The notes below the pieces were generated by a model. The model saw only the letters and a program-made list of their open reading frames with translations, did not search any database and had not been told where the DNA came from. Shown one piece after another: positions 51,554-62,199 of a stretch of DNA of 64,000 nucleotides; position 1 is the stretch's first letter; each line of letters starts with the position of its first letter. The translations under genes and the position numbers were made by a program. Source of the stretch: an uncultured Chlamydiae bacterium (GTDB lineage Bacteria > Chlamydiota > Chlamydiia > Chlamydiales > JAJFMA01); NCBI GenBank assembly GCA_963713615.1, contig CAVQMM010000001.1, positions 3,808,001 through 3,872,000 on the forward strand. The letters are read 5' to 3'.

Positions 51554-51763
51554 GTCCCTGCTGGTAGGTATCAGCTACAGTCCAACGGGAGACATTGACC
51601 GAGGCTGGCAGGAAAAAATGCAATCTTTTGTGTCCGAGAAAATCGGTTCAGATCAGATTCTGAATAAAAGAGGATTTACACTTTCTTAATGAATATAATA
51701 TAGTGAGTGATTTGTTGCAAACATAAAATCAATATGGAATGCTATTTTATTAGGCTTGGCGAA

Positions 51764-52657
51764 TTAGTCACGTTTTTTACTTTTTGAGATACGTGCTAAT
51801 CTGCGCCTTTCACGCCAGGTCAGAGACTTTTCACCCTGTGCTGAGATCTTTGTAAGCATGGCTTCAAGAAAGTCATCATCATTTTGAGCCGGAGCTCTAC
51901 CCCAAAGGTCGACGATTTTGGAAGATGAGCGCTGTCTTGCGCGCAATTTGGTACCGAGCTGATTAAGTTTGGCGTCAAGATGCTGAGAGAACGCGAAGGG
52001 GCTATTAAGTTCCCAAGCGATGGTGGCATAAAGATACCCCGTGCCTGCCGCTGCGAGGTTAAAGACCAGATTAAATACATCCAGTTGAGCTAAAGCCACA
52101 AAAAGAACGATGGCCAGATAGCCAAAGATGAGCCACCGAACTTTTACCGGGATGGTAAGAAACAACAACATCTGCATATCGGGATATAGCATAGCCCAGA
52201 CGACAAGTACGGCCAAAATGGGCGCAGTTGCACCGGCTAAGGGAATGTGCACCTCGGTGATAGCCATAAGAAATAGGACCGCCACACCGGTTACAATGCC
52301 GCTAGTAAGGTAGAGATGAAGAAAGGGGCGCTCTCCAACCCTTTCCAGTACTGCAGTGCCAGCAATCCACAGCAGGTACATTTCAAAGATGACAGTCAGT
52401 ATTAAGCCAAAGGTTACCCCAAGCCCAAAGGTTGGGGTGATAAAGAAATAGGTGAGCGGTTGCCAGATCAACCCATGCGTAACTCCCCAGTAAGAGAGAC
52501 TCAGTAGGCCTTCTAGCCCTGGCAGCCCTGTCAAATGCCTAAATACTCTGTCTAATAGAGCGGCCGTGAGACTAGTCACGGCCGTGATAATGATCAGTAT
52601 TCGGATGGTCTTCGGTGTCAGGGTTGGTCCAAATTGCTCGAGCAGGCTTGATCTCAT
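51764..52657 (-). CDS. Rhomboid-like intramembrane protein with DUF6576-like tail
   Basis: WQPLTYFF and LAGAT (catalytic Ser/His appear substituted); tail DDFLEAMLTKISAQGEKSLT.RER. Confidence 0.8.
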   Translation of the reverse strand: MRSSLLEQFGPTLTPKTIRILIIITAVTSLTAALLDRVFRHLTGLPGLEGLLSLSYWGVTHGLIWQPLTYFFITPTFGLGVTFGLILTVIFEMYLLWIAGTAVLERVGERPFLHLYLTSGIVTGVAVLFLMAITEVHIPLAGATAPILAVLVVWAMLYPDMQMLLFLTIPVKVRWLIFGYLAIVLFVALAQLDVFNLVFNLAAAGTGYLYATIAWELNSPFAFSQHLDAKLNQLGTKLRARQRSSSKIVDLWGRAPAQNDDDFLEAMLTKISAQGEKSLTWRERRRLARISKSKKRD

Positions 52658-52744
52658 GATAATCCTTGCGTTGTTGATGGCATTTTTTCACAGATGAGCA
52701 CTACAGACAACACATTTTTCATGAAACTCATTCAGCTAAAGAGG

Positions 52745-53262
52745 CTTCTTCGTGCCCGTGTGCTTGCCCTTGCCCCTGCCCGATGTCATCCTCCCTATTC
52801 TGCCCCCTTCCTTCCTTTTGTTACGAATTTGTAACCCCACTAACGCCTTGTTACTTGGAAGTGCATTTTCGGGTTCTTGGGAAAAATTGGGGGCGCTTTG
52901 GAATCACAATCGTCACTCGACGCGCAGCGCTTTGGAGTCATAGGCATCAACTTAAGCAACTAACTGCGCCCTCACAATCGTATCTCGGCGCGCAGCGCTT
53001 TGGAGTGCGCGTCGCTCGCGACCGCTTTGGATTTGGGCGAGCCTATTGAATCGCGCACCGTTCTATGGAGGCTGCCCCCCCCCCACAGTTACCCCTAGAG
53101 AGAAGGGTTACGTTTCTTGCAATGCCAACTTCGCCCAAATCCAAAGCGGTCGCGAGCGACGCGCACTCCAAAGCGCTTCGCGCCGACTGACGATTATGAC
53201 CCCAAAGCACCCCCAATTCTTCCCAAGAACCCATTTTCGTCGCTTTGGTCCTTTAGTCCATC
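52745..53262. repeat. Composite nested repeat containing core copy E (52985-53186)
   Basis: Core enclosed by GGGTTCTTGGGAA.AATTGGGG...CCCCAATTCTTCCCAAGAACCC arms; a family-3 half-site at 52748-52800. Confidence 0.85.
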
Positions 53263-53302
53263 TAAGAGCACCGCACTTCTTCACAAGAACCATTCTTCTT
53301 AC

Positions 53303-56300
53303 TTACGAGCGAGGAAGTCCAATGATATTAATAACATTGTTATTGTTGTTCGCTATAGAAGCTGGCATAAATATACCCTGAAGTTTATTTCCTGAAAATG
53401 TCAGTGTTTTTACTGATTTGTTTAAGTAAGATATTAGCGGGTTTAGCCCTGCGCTAGTCATTTTGGTAGAATCTAAGTGAATTGCGTCAAGATTGGATTT
53501 CGCATGTTTGAGCAATGGCAAAAGCCTATCTTTAGCAGCATCCTCCAATGGATTACCGGAGAGGTTGAGTGTTTTGAGCTGTTCAATTCGAGCACTATTG
53601 CTAATAAAGTAATCGATTAGACTTCCAAGCCCTTGCGAAGTAATTTTATTGTAGCCTAGGTTTAATGTTTTTAAGGGAACTGCAGCAGAAGGTAATGACA
53701 ATTTACTGATTAGTTGATTGATAGAATCATCATTTAATGATTTACTAGATAAATTAAGGCATCCATCTTTATCAATATTGATATCTTCTAAAATAAACTT
53801 GAGCGTTGAACAGAACTCACCATAAGAATAATTCGAAAGCAACTTTTTTAATAAGAATGGGGAAAACTCAGTAGAGATTATTTTGGCATCATTCCTTGAC
53901 AAGGCAGAGCCACCATTAAATGAAAATTGGATCGAACAGCCGGAAGAATTTATCTTATTTAACAATGCACGTAAGCCGTTAAGAGTAACAGAATTCCCAC
54001 TTAAATCAATGGAGGACAATCTAGATGCAATGAATGTAGGCAGAGCATTGGCTATTTTTATTACTTGAGAGTCGTCCAATGCATTACCGCTCAGACTGAT
54101 GCTATTCAAGTTCGGGGTTAGACCTGAGCATAATAATTGGGTTAGACTGTCCAAGCTAAGTTCCTTGCCAATCGCGTGTAGGCGTAAAGAACGCAAGCGT
54201 TTGCAAAATGAAGCATTATTTTTCAGGTAGTCGCATAGATGAGACAACCCTGCATTTCCAAGCGGATTTCCCGTTAAGTCGATTTCAGTAATCTCTGCAT
54301 TTTCCATGGTAGGCAAAATTTTGTTTAGACGGCTTGCATTAAGACCAACGTTCTGAGTAGGTACTGATATACGCGTTGATGCAACTTTTTTATAGAAAGT
54401 TGTAAAATAGTCGACCCCAGGTTGAGATAGGGCACCCCATAGTGAAATAAACCATTGACGCTTGTTTTGTTCCTTTACGAGCTCAGTCAACGCAACCAGG
54501 CCTGTGGTACCAATGTTGTTAGAATTAAGAGATAATTCAATCTTGGATGACCCGGATCTTTGTTTCAAAATTTCGCACAATTTCTGAATCGCGTCATCAT
54601 CCAGTTGGCTATCGGTTAAGTTAAAAGAATTGATGGCATTTGATAAGAAAATAGGCTTCAAAGCTAGAATTCCGTTTGTCTTAATAGGGTTGTGATATGG
54701 AAGGTGAGCCAGCGTTGTCCGGTTAGGATGGGTCGAGATCGCATTTACCCACGCGCTTAGTCCATCAGCTCCAATCTCATTGGAATACAAGGAAAGATGA
54801 TGAAGAGATTTGTTGTTTTTTAAACCAATTGAGAGGGTCTTCAGCCCTTCATTTCCTAGCCGATTCCATCCTAAATTAAGAGTTGCAATGGATGTGCTTT
54901 TCTTCAAAAATTCCGCTAGGGATTCACTGCTTGTTGCAGTTAGGTTATTGGCACTTAAATCTAAATCCCTGAGCTTCGCAGGGTTATCCCTTATCGCAGT
55001 TAGCAAGGGTTCTGCCTCTTCGTCATTTAGTGCAGCATGGCTTAGATTTAGCGATTGGAGAGCCAAATTGGGCAGCTTCAGAAAATCAGTGAAACTATTA
55101 ATTTCATACTTGAGAGATTTGCCAATTGTTATATCAGTGATTTGATCTGCATAGACAATAATGGCCTCCATTAAAATTTTCATCCCCTCATTATCGATGG
55201 AGGCTTCAGATGGAAGATTCGGAACCTTGATACTACTGGCACCACTAGTCAACTCGGTCACCTTGCTGCTTAAAACAGGATTAATATTTAACTGACTTTG
55301 ATCCAATTTTTCAAATTTCATTTCAAATTCTATTTGGCGAATCCGCTTTTGTTGACTATTTCGTTTATTAAGATCAACCTTTAGCTCTTTCTCTAGGCGC
55401 TCTTTAGTAGCCTTTCTTTGCTGCAAGTCTGCTAGGGATGCCAGGCTATCCTTTTCAAGAGCCTCGCATTCCTTGGTGACTTTCTCATATTCATTCAAAT
55501 TATGTTTTATAGTTTCTTCTAATATGATGACTTCCTTTGCTGCTTCTTGTATGCTGTATTCGATAGTAGCTTTCTCTGAACTGGCTGCGGTTATTAAATC
55601 ATTAAGGTCTTTTCGCCTACTAAATGCATTATCCTGCAATTCTTTGATTTTATCTGCCGCTGTTTGAGCATCTTTTGTAAATTTATTGATGAGAGCGATG
55701 TCTTTATCTAGAATGCGCTCGTTTTTAGAGAGTTCTTGTTCCAGTTTTGCTATCTTTTTCGCAAGTTTCTCTTGTTGTTCGCGATTGTCATCAAGCTTTT
55801 TATTCAGATTCAGAAGTTGGTTTAGTCGCTGATCGCTCAATTTTTTAAGGTTATCCAACTTCTCTTGCAATGTTTTCTTGTCTGCACCGACTAGCTTTAA
55901 TTTTGCTTCAAGATCATCTATCTGATTATTTATATTGTCTAATGCTTTTTCTTTTTTAGCGATTGCTTTTTCAAGAGTGGTTATATCATCGTCAAGTGTT
56001 TCTCTTTCCCTTATTAGCTTAGCCAACAGGACACTCAATTTATCTCTTAGTTTATTTATTTTTCCAACACTTTTAATTAGTGCGTTGAGTTTGTTTGGGT
56101 TACTAGAATCCATTACAAATGATGAATTAAAAGTAATGTCGTTGCCGCTAGGGATGACTTTGGCTTTCAATTGTCCAAATAATTTGTTCGATGTCTCATA
56201 TCCTAACACTTTTTTTCCAGGGATGCCCGCCATCAAGGGTAAACGACTATCGACTGCCGCTAGAAAGACACTAAATAGCGCATCTGTGTCATTGACCGGA

Positions 56301-56569
56301 AGCCCATAGTCATCTGGTTTGCCAGTTGCACAACAAATAATGCTATCATTGCCCAATAAAGCGGAGACTGCATCTTGAATGCGGTTTTTGAATTTTAGAG
56401 GCTCAATGACCTTATCGTCTAGATCGCTAAAAGAATTGAGGGTGGTATCTCCGACTTTAATTCTATACATCTTGTAGAGTTTGTCTTCTTTTGGAAATAA
56501 ATCAAGAAGCTTATCATCATCAATTTTTTGATCCGGTACAATAATACGAATTGTTATAGGTGAAACCAT
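53303..56569 (-). CDS. Large coiled-coil plus RI-like leucine-rich-repeat protein (candidate host effector)
   Basis: Repeated LxxLxLxxNxL/IG units; long K/E/L heptad region; AT-rich. Confidence 0.88.
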   Translation of the reverse strand: MVSPITIRIIVPDQKIDDDKLLDLFPKEDKLYKMYRIKVGDTTLNSFSDLDDKVIEPLKFKNRIQDAVSALLGNDSIICCATGKPDDYGLPVNDTDALFSVFLAAVDSRLPLMAGIPGKKVLGYETSNKLFGQLKAKVIPSGNDITFNSSFVMDSSNPNKLNALIKSVGKINKLRDKLSVLLAKLIRERETLDDDITTLEKAIAKKEKALDNINNQIDDLEAKLKLVGADKKTLQEKLDNLKKLSDQRLNQLLNLNKKLDDNREQQEKLAKKIAKLEQELSKNERILDKDIALINKFTKDAQTAADKIKELQDNAFSRRKDLNDLITAASSEKATIEYSIQEAAKEVIILEETIKHNLNEYEKVTKECEALEKDSLASLADLQQRKATKERLEKELKVDLNKRNSQQKRIRQIEFEMKFEKLDQSQLNINPVLSSKVTELTSGASSIKVPNLPSEASIDNEGMKILMEAIIVYADQITDITIGKSLKYEINSFTDFLKLPNLALQSLNLSHAALNDEEAEPLLTAIRDNPAKLRDLDLSANNLTATSSESLAEFLKKSTSIATLNLGWNRLGNEGLKTLSIGLKNNKSLHHLSLYSNEIGADGLSAWVNAISTHPNRTTLAHLPYHNPIKTNGILALKPIFLSNAINSFNLTDSQLDDDAIQKLCEILKQRSGSSKIELSLNSNNIGTTGLVALTELVKEQNKRQWFISLWGALSQPGVDYFTTFYKKVASTRISVPTQNVGLNASRLNKILPTMENAEITEIDLTGNPLGNAGLSHLCDYLKNNASFCKRLRSLRLHAIGKELSLDSLTQLLCSGLTPNLNSISLSGNALDDSQVIKIANALPTFIASRLSSIDLSGNSVTLNGLRALLNKINSSGCSIQFSFNGGSALSRNDAKIISTEFSPFLLKKLLSNYSYGEFCSTLKFILEDINIDKDGCLNLSSKSLNDDSINQLISKLSLPSAAVPLKTLNLGYNKITSQGLGSLIDYFISNSARIEQLKTLNLSGNPLEDAAKDRLLPLLKHAKSNLDAIHLDSTKMTSAGLNPLISYLNKSVKTLTFSGNKLQGIFMPASIANNNNNVINIIGLPRS

Positions 56570-56924
56570 CTTATCTTTCCTCAATACAGGGTTGCGTGTA
56601 CTTGCAATGCGAATGCTTGAGATTTTTCGGCAACGACCGCACACATGTTTTCGGTCTAGCCGATCATCTCTGTGCGGAAGTTGATATCATCAATAAATTT
56701 TTACCTCCAGAAAAAACTACATCCAGAAGGGGGCAATCCAACCTCGTACGCGGACATGCAGCATCGCAGTCACGACAGTCGTAATCTAAAAGAATGATTT
56801 GTCAGCTAGATGCAGAATCACTAGTTGAGGACTGGCGAGGCTGGACCAGGAGGATTAGGATTGAGCAAGGTTTGTGTAACTTTTAGGGGTGACGATGAAG
56901 GGTCTTCTTCCTGACTTCCAGGAA

Positions 56925-57467
56925 TTACTCAACTTTAACCGCGGTATTCTTGGCATTAAGGCGATAGTAGGTAAAGCAGGTCAGGGCTATTGATGCCACT
57001 GCCATGTAGAGGCATGAGCTATCAAATATACTGTAAGTAAAGGTCATACTTCCGTGAGGATCTATCTGTGCTCCGAGAACCAACAGACTGACAGGCAGGA
57101 TCGCTACCAGGGTATTTGCTGTGGCAGCAGTCACGGCCAGACGATGGCTCAGTGAGCGAGCACAGCAATTTAGGCAAGGCTTGAAGGGGACCATTACGGC
57201 TCGCGCATAGAGGCTGGTGGTTCCATAGACTAAGCCTACTATAACACCTCCAGCAATAGAGAAGAGCGGGGCTCCCGATAATTGCATACCCAATCGGGCG
57301 CTAAAATCTAAATTGACAACTGCTTCTGTGATATCGCGTGTTAAAGCAACTATCGCGAAAGCGATAGAAGCGGAAGTGATGATGCGGCCGACACGACGTG
57401 TTTCGGTCATGGGGGATGGTAAGGACTGAACAGTATCGTTACTGACTGCATAAAATTTTGATAACAT
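56925..57467 (-). CDS. Hypothetical membrane protein (~4 TM)
   Basis: 180 aa with hydrophobic segments. Confidence 0.6.
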   Translation of the reverse strand: MLSKFYAVSNDTVQSLPSPMTETRRVGRIITSASIAFAIVALTRDITEAVVNLDFSARLGMQLSGAPLFSIAGGVIVGLVYGTTSLYARAVMVPFKPCLNCCARSLSHRLAVTAATANTLVAILPVSLLVLGAQIDPHGSMTFTYSIFDSSCLYMAVASIALTCFTYYRLNAKNTAVKVE

Positions 57468-57575
57468 AAAAATATTCCAATAGTTTTAGTTAATAAAGTT
57501 TAAACAGACTCTCCGATTGCTGATATCATGTATTTCGAACGCTTATATTTCAAGCGAATTTGTACAATAAGTTCA

Positions 57576-57792
57576 CCCCCTTCCCCTTCGTGCCCCTTCC
57601 CTTCCCCTTCGTGCCCCTGCCCGATGTAATTCTCCCTATTCCGCTCCCCCTCCTCGCTTGCCTGTGCATCAAAACGCCAAATCGGACTATCAATACATTC
57701 AAAATGGGAGAAATAGGAATAGGGAGGATTACATCGGGCAGGGGCAAGGGCACGAAGGGGAAGGGGAGGGGATCGGGCACGAGGGAGAAAGG
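57576..57792. repeat. REPIN-like inverted repeat, family 3
   Basis: CCCCTTCGTGCCC...CTGCCCGATGTAAT.CTCCCTATTCC and its reverse complement; a related half-site at ~52748-52800. Confidence 0.8.
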
Positions 57793-57887
57793 GAGATTTA
57801 CCCCTTGTGGTTAAAGGCAAAATTCGGTATGTTACCTATGTATCGTAAAGAATTAGTATCTAACGTTGGATCGTTCTGGAGACGTCA

Positions 57888-58349
57888 ATGAAGAAAGGCA
57901 TTCATCCTAAATATCAAGATATCCTGTTTGTTGATACATCAACAGGGATTAAGTTTATATGTGGTTCTACACTGCAACCTACAGGTACAGAGATCTTTGA
58001 AGGTCAGGAGTATCCTGTCTATCGCGTATCTATTTCCTCAGCTTCGCACCCTCTTTACACGGGTTCGCAGCAGTTTGTGGATTCTGAAGGGCGTGTTGAC
58101 AAGTTCCGCAAGCGTTATGGCATGGCGGGTCAAGCTCCTGCTAAGGCCGTCGATGCTGGTGCACCCGCGACAGCCGCTGAACCAGCAAAGCCTAAAGCTG
58201 CTGCTCCAGCCACTGCCGCAAAACCTGCGGCTGGCAAGGGTGGCGATGCGAAGAAAGCAAAGGCCGCTGCACCTAAAGCTGCTGCGCCTAAAGCCGCAGC
58301 TCCAGCTGGTAAAGATAAAGCAAAAGCTGCGCCTAAGGCCAAGAAATAG
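57888..58349 (+). CDS. rpmE: 50S ribosomal protein L31 type B with Ala/Lys/Pro-rich tail
   Basis: [29 protein letters not shown]. Confidence 0.95.
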   Translation: MKKGIHPKYQDILFVDTSTGIKFICGSTLQPTGTEIFEGQEYPVYRVSISSASHPLYTGSQQFVDSEGRVDKFRKRYGMAGQAPAKAVDAGAPATAAEPAKPKAAAPATAAKPAAGKGGDAKKAKAAAPKAAAPKAAAPAGKDKAKAAPKAKK

Positions 58350-58449
58350 CTGTTTGCGCCGGACTTCAATAAGTTTCTTTTGTACCGTCAGGTGAGATGG
58401 ACGTTAGTGTCCATCCGCCTTATGTAGCCGTTTCTTCTAAGGCACCTCC

Positions 58450-59538
58450 ATGGAAAATCGCATTCTTCAGCTCATTGGCCAGCTTCCTGAAGTGGAGGCG
58501 GAACTCGGCCACCCTGATGCCTTGCAAGATCAAAAGCATTACCGCACTCTGACGCAAAATCATGCTTATCTATCGACGGTTAAAGAGTCGTGGGACCAGC
58601 TCCAACTTTCGCGGAAGCAGGTCGAAGATAATCGGCAGTTACTCAAGACTGAGACCGACAAAGAATTTACTGAGATTTTAAGAGAAGATATCGCTGAACT
58701 CGAAAGCAAGATTGAAGAGCTCGAAAAGAGCCTCGAGGTCCTGCTTGTTCCTCCCGACCCTAACGATCATCGCAATACCATTCTGGAAATTCGTGCTGGC
58801 ACGGGTGGCGATGAGGCAGCTCTTTTTGTGGGTGATTGCGTTCGCATGTATAAGCTCTTTGCGGATAAGCAGGGATGGCGCTATGAGCACTTATCTTGTA
58901 CTCCTTCAGAGATCGGTGGTTTCAAAGAATATGTCATGGTGCTCTCCGGGCCCAATGTCTATCGCTTTTTGAAACATGAAGCCGGCACACATCGTGTTCA
59001 GCGCGTTCCGGCCACGGAGGCTCAGGGGCGAATTCATACGTCTGCCATCACAGTAGCCGCATTGATGGAGCCAGAGGAAGATGAAGAGATCACCATCGAA
59101 GAAAAAGATCTGCGTGTAGATACGTACCGATCTTCTGGGGCGGGCGGTCAGCACGTCAATACCACTGACAGTGCCGTACGTTTAACACACCTACCTTCCG
59201 GAATGGTCGTCTATTGCCAAGAGGAGCGCAGCCAGCACAAGAACAAGGCCAAAGCGTTACGTCTGCTTCAGGCTAAGTTAGTTGAAGCTGACCAGCAACG
59301 TAAGCATCAGGAGCAGGCATCCACACGCGCCAGCCAAGTGGGGTCTGGTGACCGTTCGGAGCGCATCCGAACCTACAACTTCCCCCAGAATCGTTTGACA
59401 GATCATCGCATCAATCTCACGCGTTACAATTTGGATCGTGTGATGGAGGGCGAGTTGGATGATATTGTCCAACCTCTAGTGGCACATTACCATCAGCAAC
59501 GCCTCCAAGGCCTTGAAGAAAGCGGCGCATTGGCATAA
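58450..59538 (+). CDS. prfA: Peptide chain release factor 1
   Basis: GGQ motif, PAT (PxT) specificity motif, [10 protein letters not shown]. Confidence 0.97.
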   Translation: MENRILQLIGQLPEVEAELGHPDALQDQKHYRTLTQNHAYLSTVKESWDQLQLSRKQVEDNRQLLKTETDKEFTEILREDIAELESKIEELEKSLEVLLVPPDPNDHRNTILEIRAGTGGDEAALFVGDCVRMYKLFADKQGWRYEHLSCTPSEIGGFKEYVMVLSGPNVYRFLKHEAGTHRVQRVPATEAQGRIHTSAITVAALMEPEEDEEITIEEKDLRVDTYRSSGAGGQHVNTTDSAVRLTHLPSGMVVYCQEERSQHKNKAKALRLLQAKLVEADQQRKHQEQASTRASQVGSGDRSERIRTYNFPQNRLTDHRINLTRYNLDRVMEGELDDIVQPLVAHYHQQRLQGLEESGALA

Positions 59539-59539
59539 C

Positions 59540-60382
59540 ATGAAGACCATCCGCGAGGTGTTAACCCTTACTTCTCAATATCTGGAAGTCCGTGGCATCG
59601 GCAATGCCAGACGTGAAGCCGAGGATCTTCTTTGTGATGCACTTACTCTGACCCGCATTTCCCTTTATATGGACCACGATCGCCCTCTTAGTGAAAGCGA
59701 ATTGAAATTGTGTCGCGAGTACTTGCAGCGCCGGGGCAAAGGGGAACCGTTGGCCTATATTCATGGCAAAGTAGACTTCTGTGGTTGCTCTATTGAGGTC
59801 ACTCCTGCAGTGTTGATTCCGCGAGTTGAAACTGAGTTGTTGGTAGAAAAAATCGCCTCAACGCTCAAAACGCGGGATCTTGAAGGGCAAGTCTTGTGGG
59901 ATGTCTGCTGTGGTTCGGGTTATATTGGCATCGCTTTGAAAAAACGTTTCCCTGCATTGACAGTGCATCTTTCCGACCTTTCACCCGCCGCCGTTGCTTT
60001 GGCCAAAAAGAATGCGTTACGAAATGAAGTCGAAGTAACCATTCATGAAGGCGATCTTTTAGCGCCGTTTATGGGACAACGATGCAACTATTTCGTGTGC
60101 AATCCCCCTTATGTCGCGGAAAAAGAATACGAACAGTTGTCTCGCGAGGTGCGCGATCATGAACCGCGTATGGCTTTAGTGGCGGACGATGAAGGTTATG
60201 CTATTTATCAACGCCTATCTATTGAAGCACCTCCACACCTGCATCCAGCGGCCAAAGTCTGGTTTGAAATCGGCAGCGGAATGGGACCTCGACTACTGGA
60301 ACTTTTTAGACAATGGAAGATCTCGCAGGTCGAGAAGGATTGGGCTGGTCATGACCGCTTCTTTTTCCTTGAAAATGAATGA
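59540..60382 (+). CDS. prmC: Release factor glutamine methyltransferase
   Basis: LIPRVETE, DVCCGSG and NPPY motifs. Confidence 0.95.
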   Translation: MKTIREVLTLTSQYLEVRGIGNARREAEDLLCDALTLTRISLYMDHDRPLSESELKLCREYLQRRGKGEPLAYIHGKVDFCGCSIEVTPAVLIPRVETELLVEKIASTLKTRDLEGQVLWDVCCGSGYIGIALKKRFPALTVHLSDLSPAAVALAKKNALRNEVEVTIHEGDLLAPFMGQRCNYFVCNPPYVAEKEYEQLSREVRDHEPRMALVADDEGYAIYQRLSIEAPPHLHPAAKVWFEIGSGMGPRLLELFRQWKISQVEKDWAGHDRFFFLENE

Positions 60383-60480
60383 TTTTTTAAGTAATCTTCT
60401 TAGTATTGTTAAGCAGCCTTTGGATTCTTTTTAGAATCTGCTGCCGCCTAAACCACTGTTGCTGAAAGGCTAATCCGCGA

Positions 60481-61809
60481 ATGTTCGGGGCGTTAACTCA
60501 GAAATTACAAGGCGTTTTTGCCAAGCTTGGAGGCAAGCGTAAGCTCAACGAGGAGAATATCTCCGAAGCTGTGGGCGAAGTGCGCTTGGCTCTTTTGGAA
60601 GCTGACGTCAATTATGGCGTTACGAAAACGCTTATTAAGCGCGTCAAAGAACAGGCTTTGGGTGACGCAGTAATCTCCTCTGTAACCCCTGGGCAGCAAT
60701 TTATCAAAGTTGTTCACGACGAACTGATGGCTTTGATGGGTGGCAGCGAAGCTACCTTGGAGCTTAAAGGCAAACCAGCGGTGATCATGCTTTGTGGTTT
60801 GCAGGGATCTGGCAAAACAACGCACTGTGCCAAGCTCGCCAGGTACCTCAAAAAGGAAAAATTGGCCCATAAGCCCTTGCTGGCAGCTTGTGACCTGCAA
60901 CGGCCTGCGGCAGTAGAGCAGCTAACAATCCTGGGACAACAAGCCGGTGTGCCGGTGTTTTCGTTGCCCGGTGAAAAGGATCCCTTAAAGGTCGTTAAGG
61001 CCGCTTTGAAAGAAGCTGAAGCTAACGACTATGATGTCCTCATCGTAGATACCGCAGGGCGCCTGCATATCGACGAAGAGATGATGCAAGAACTCGAGCG
61101 GGTTAGGAACTTCCTAAACCCCTCTGAGGTGCTGTTTGTCGCCAATGCGACAACAGGGCAAGATGCCGTGAATGTGGCCGCAGAATTCAACAAACGCGTG
61201 GCCATCACAGGAAGCATCTTGACCATGCTAGACGGTAACACTCGCGGCGGTGCTGCCATCTCGATCCGTGAAGTGACTGGGAAGCCCCTAAAGTTCGAAG
61301 GGATCGGTGAGCGACTCGAGGACCTACAGCTCTTTCATCCGCAGTCGATGGCCGATCGTATCCTTGGTATGGGCGACACCATCAATTTGGTGAAGAGGGC
61401 TCAGGAGCACATCGACGAAGAGCAGGCCCAGGACCTCGAGGCGAAGATTCGTAAGGCGAGCTTCACCTACGACGACTATGTGCGGCAGATACAGTCCGTG
61501 AAGAAAATGGGTTCTATTAAAAGCCTATTAGGAATGCTGCCAGGGATGTCCAACATGGGTAACCTGGACATCGACGACAAAGAATTTACGAAGATCGAAG
61601 CAATCATTCTGTCGATGACCACCGCAGAGCGAATGGAAAAAGTTGAGTTAGTACCTGCCCGTCGCAAACGTATTGCTACCGGCAGTGGAACAAAGATTGA
61701 AGATGTAAATAAGTTGGTAAAGTCCTTTAAACAGGCTAAGCAGTTTTTTAAAAACTTACCAGCTAAGAAGAATATAGAAAAGATGCTCGGAGGAGCCTTA
61801 TGGCGTTAA
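60481..61809 (+). CDS. ffh: Signal recognition particle protein
   Basis: GLQGSGKTT, DTAGR and M domain. Confidence 0.97.
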   Translation: MFGALTQKLQGVFAKLGGKRKLNEENISEAVGEVRLALLEADVNYGVTKTLIKRVKEQALGDAVISSVTPGQQFIKVVHDELMALMGGSEATLELKGKPAVIMLCGLQGSGKTTHCAKLARYLKKEKLAHKPLLAACDLQRPAAVEQLTILGQQAGVPVFSLPGEKDPLKVVKAALKEAEANDYDVLIVDTAGRLHIDEEMMQELERVRNFLNPSEVLFVANATTGQDAVNVAAEFNKRVAITGSILTMLDGNTRGGAAISIREVTGKPLKFEGIGERLEDLQLFHPQSMADRILGMGDTINLVKRAQEHIDEEQAQDLEAKIRKASFTYDDYVRQIQSVKKMGSIKSLLGMLPGMSNMGNLDIDDKEFTKIEAIILSMTTAERMEKVELVPARRKRIATGSGTKIEDVNKLVKSFKQAKQFFKNLPAKKNIEKMLGGALWR

Positions 61810-62135
61810 AAATTAGATTGCGGCCTCAAGGTCGCACCAACCGCCCCTTTTACCGTCTTGTTGTTACCGAAGGGACAACACGCCGCGATGGTAAGTACCT
61901 GGAGGCATTAGGCTGGTATGATCCTCTCGTTAAAGAAGAGGACAAGAGTTATACCCTTCAGGAAGACCGTCTTCACTATTGGTTGGACAGAGGTGCTCAA
62001 CTGACCGAGAAGGTAGAAGCATTGATCGCACGCGGTGCTCCAAAGGTTTTGGCGGCCCTTAAGCAAAAGGCTGAGGCTCTACAGGCCAAGGAACGCGCTA
62101 AGCGCAAAGCCCGCAAGGCTCGTGCTGAAGGCTAG
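61800..62135 (+). CDS. rpsP: 30S ribosomal protein S16
   Basis: LKIRL...PFYRLVV...RDGKYLE.LG.YDP. Confidence 0.96.
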   Translation: MALKIRLRPQGRTNRPFYRLVVTEGTTRRDGKYLEALGWYDPLVKEEDKSYTLQEDRLHYWLDRGAQLTEKVEALIARGAPKVLAALKQKAEALQAKERAKRKARKARAEG

Positions 62136-62199
62136 GACCATTAGCTGTGGGGCTATCATCCATGATTGCCAAGAGTGAAGCCCTCGAAGGGAATAGAGC

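Noticed and set aside
57500..57891. Pro/Gly-rich ORFs upstream of rpmE
   Set aside because: They arise from the family-3 inverted repeat.
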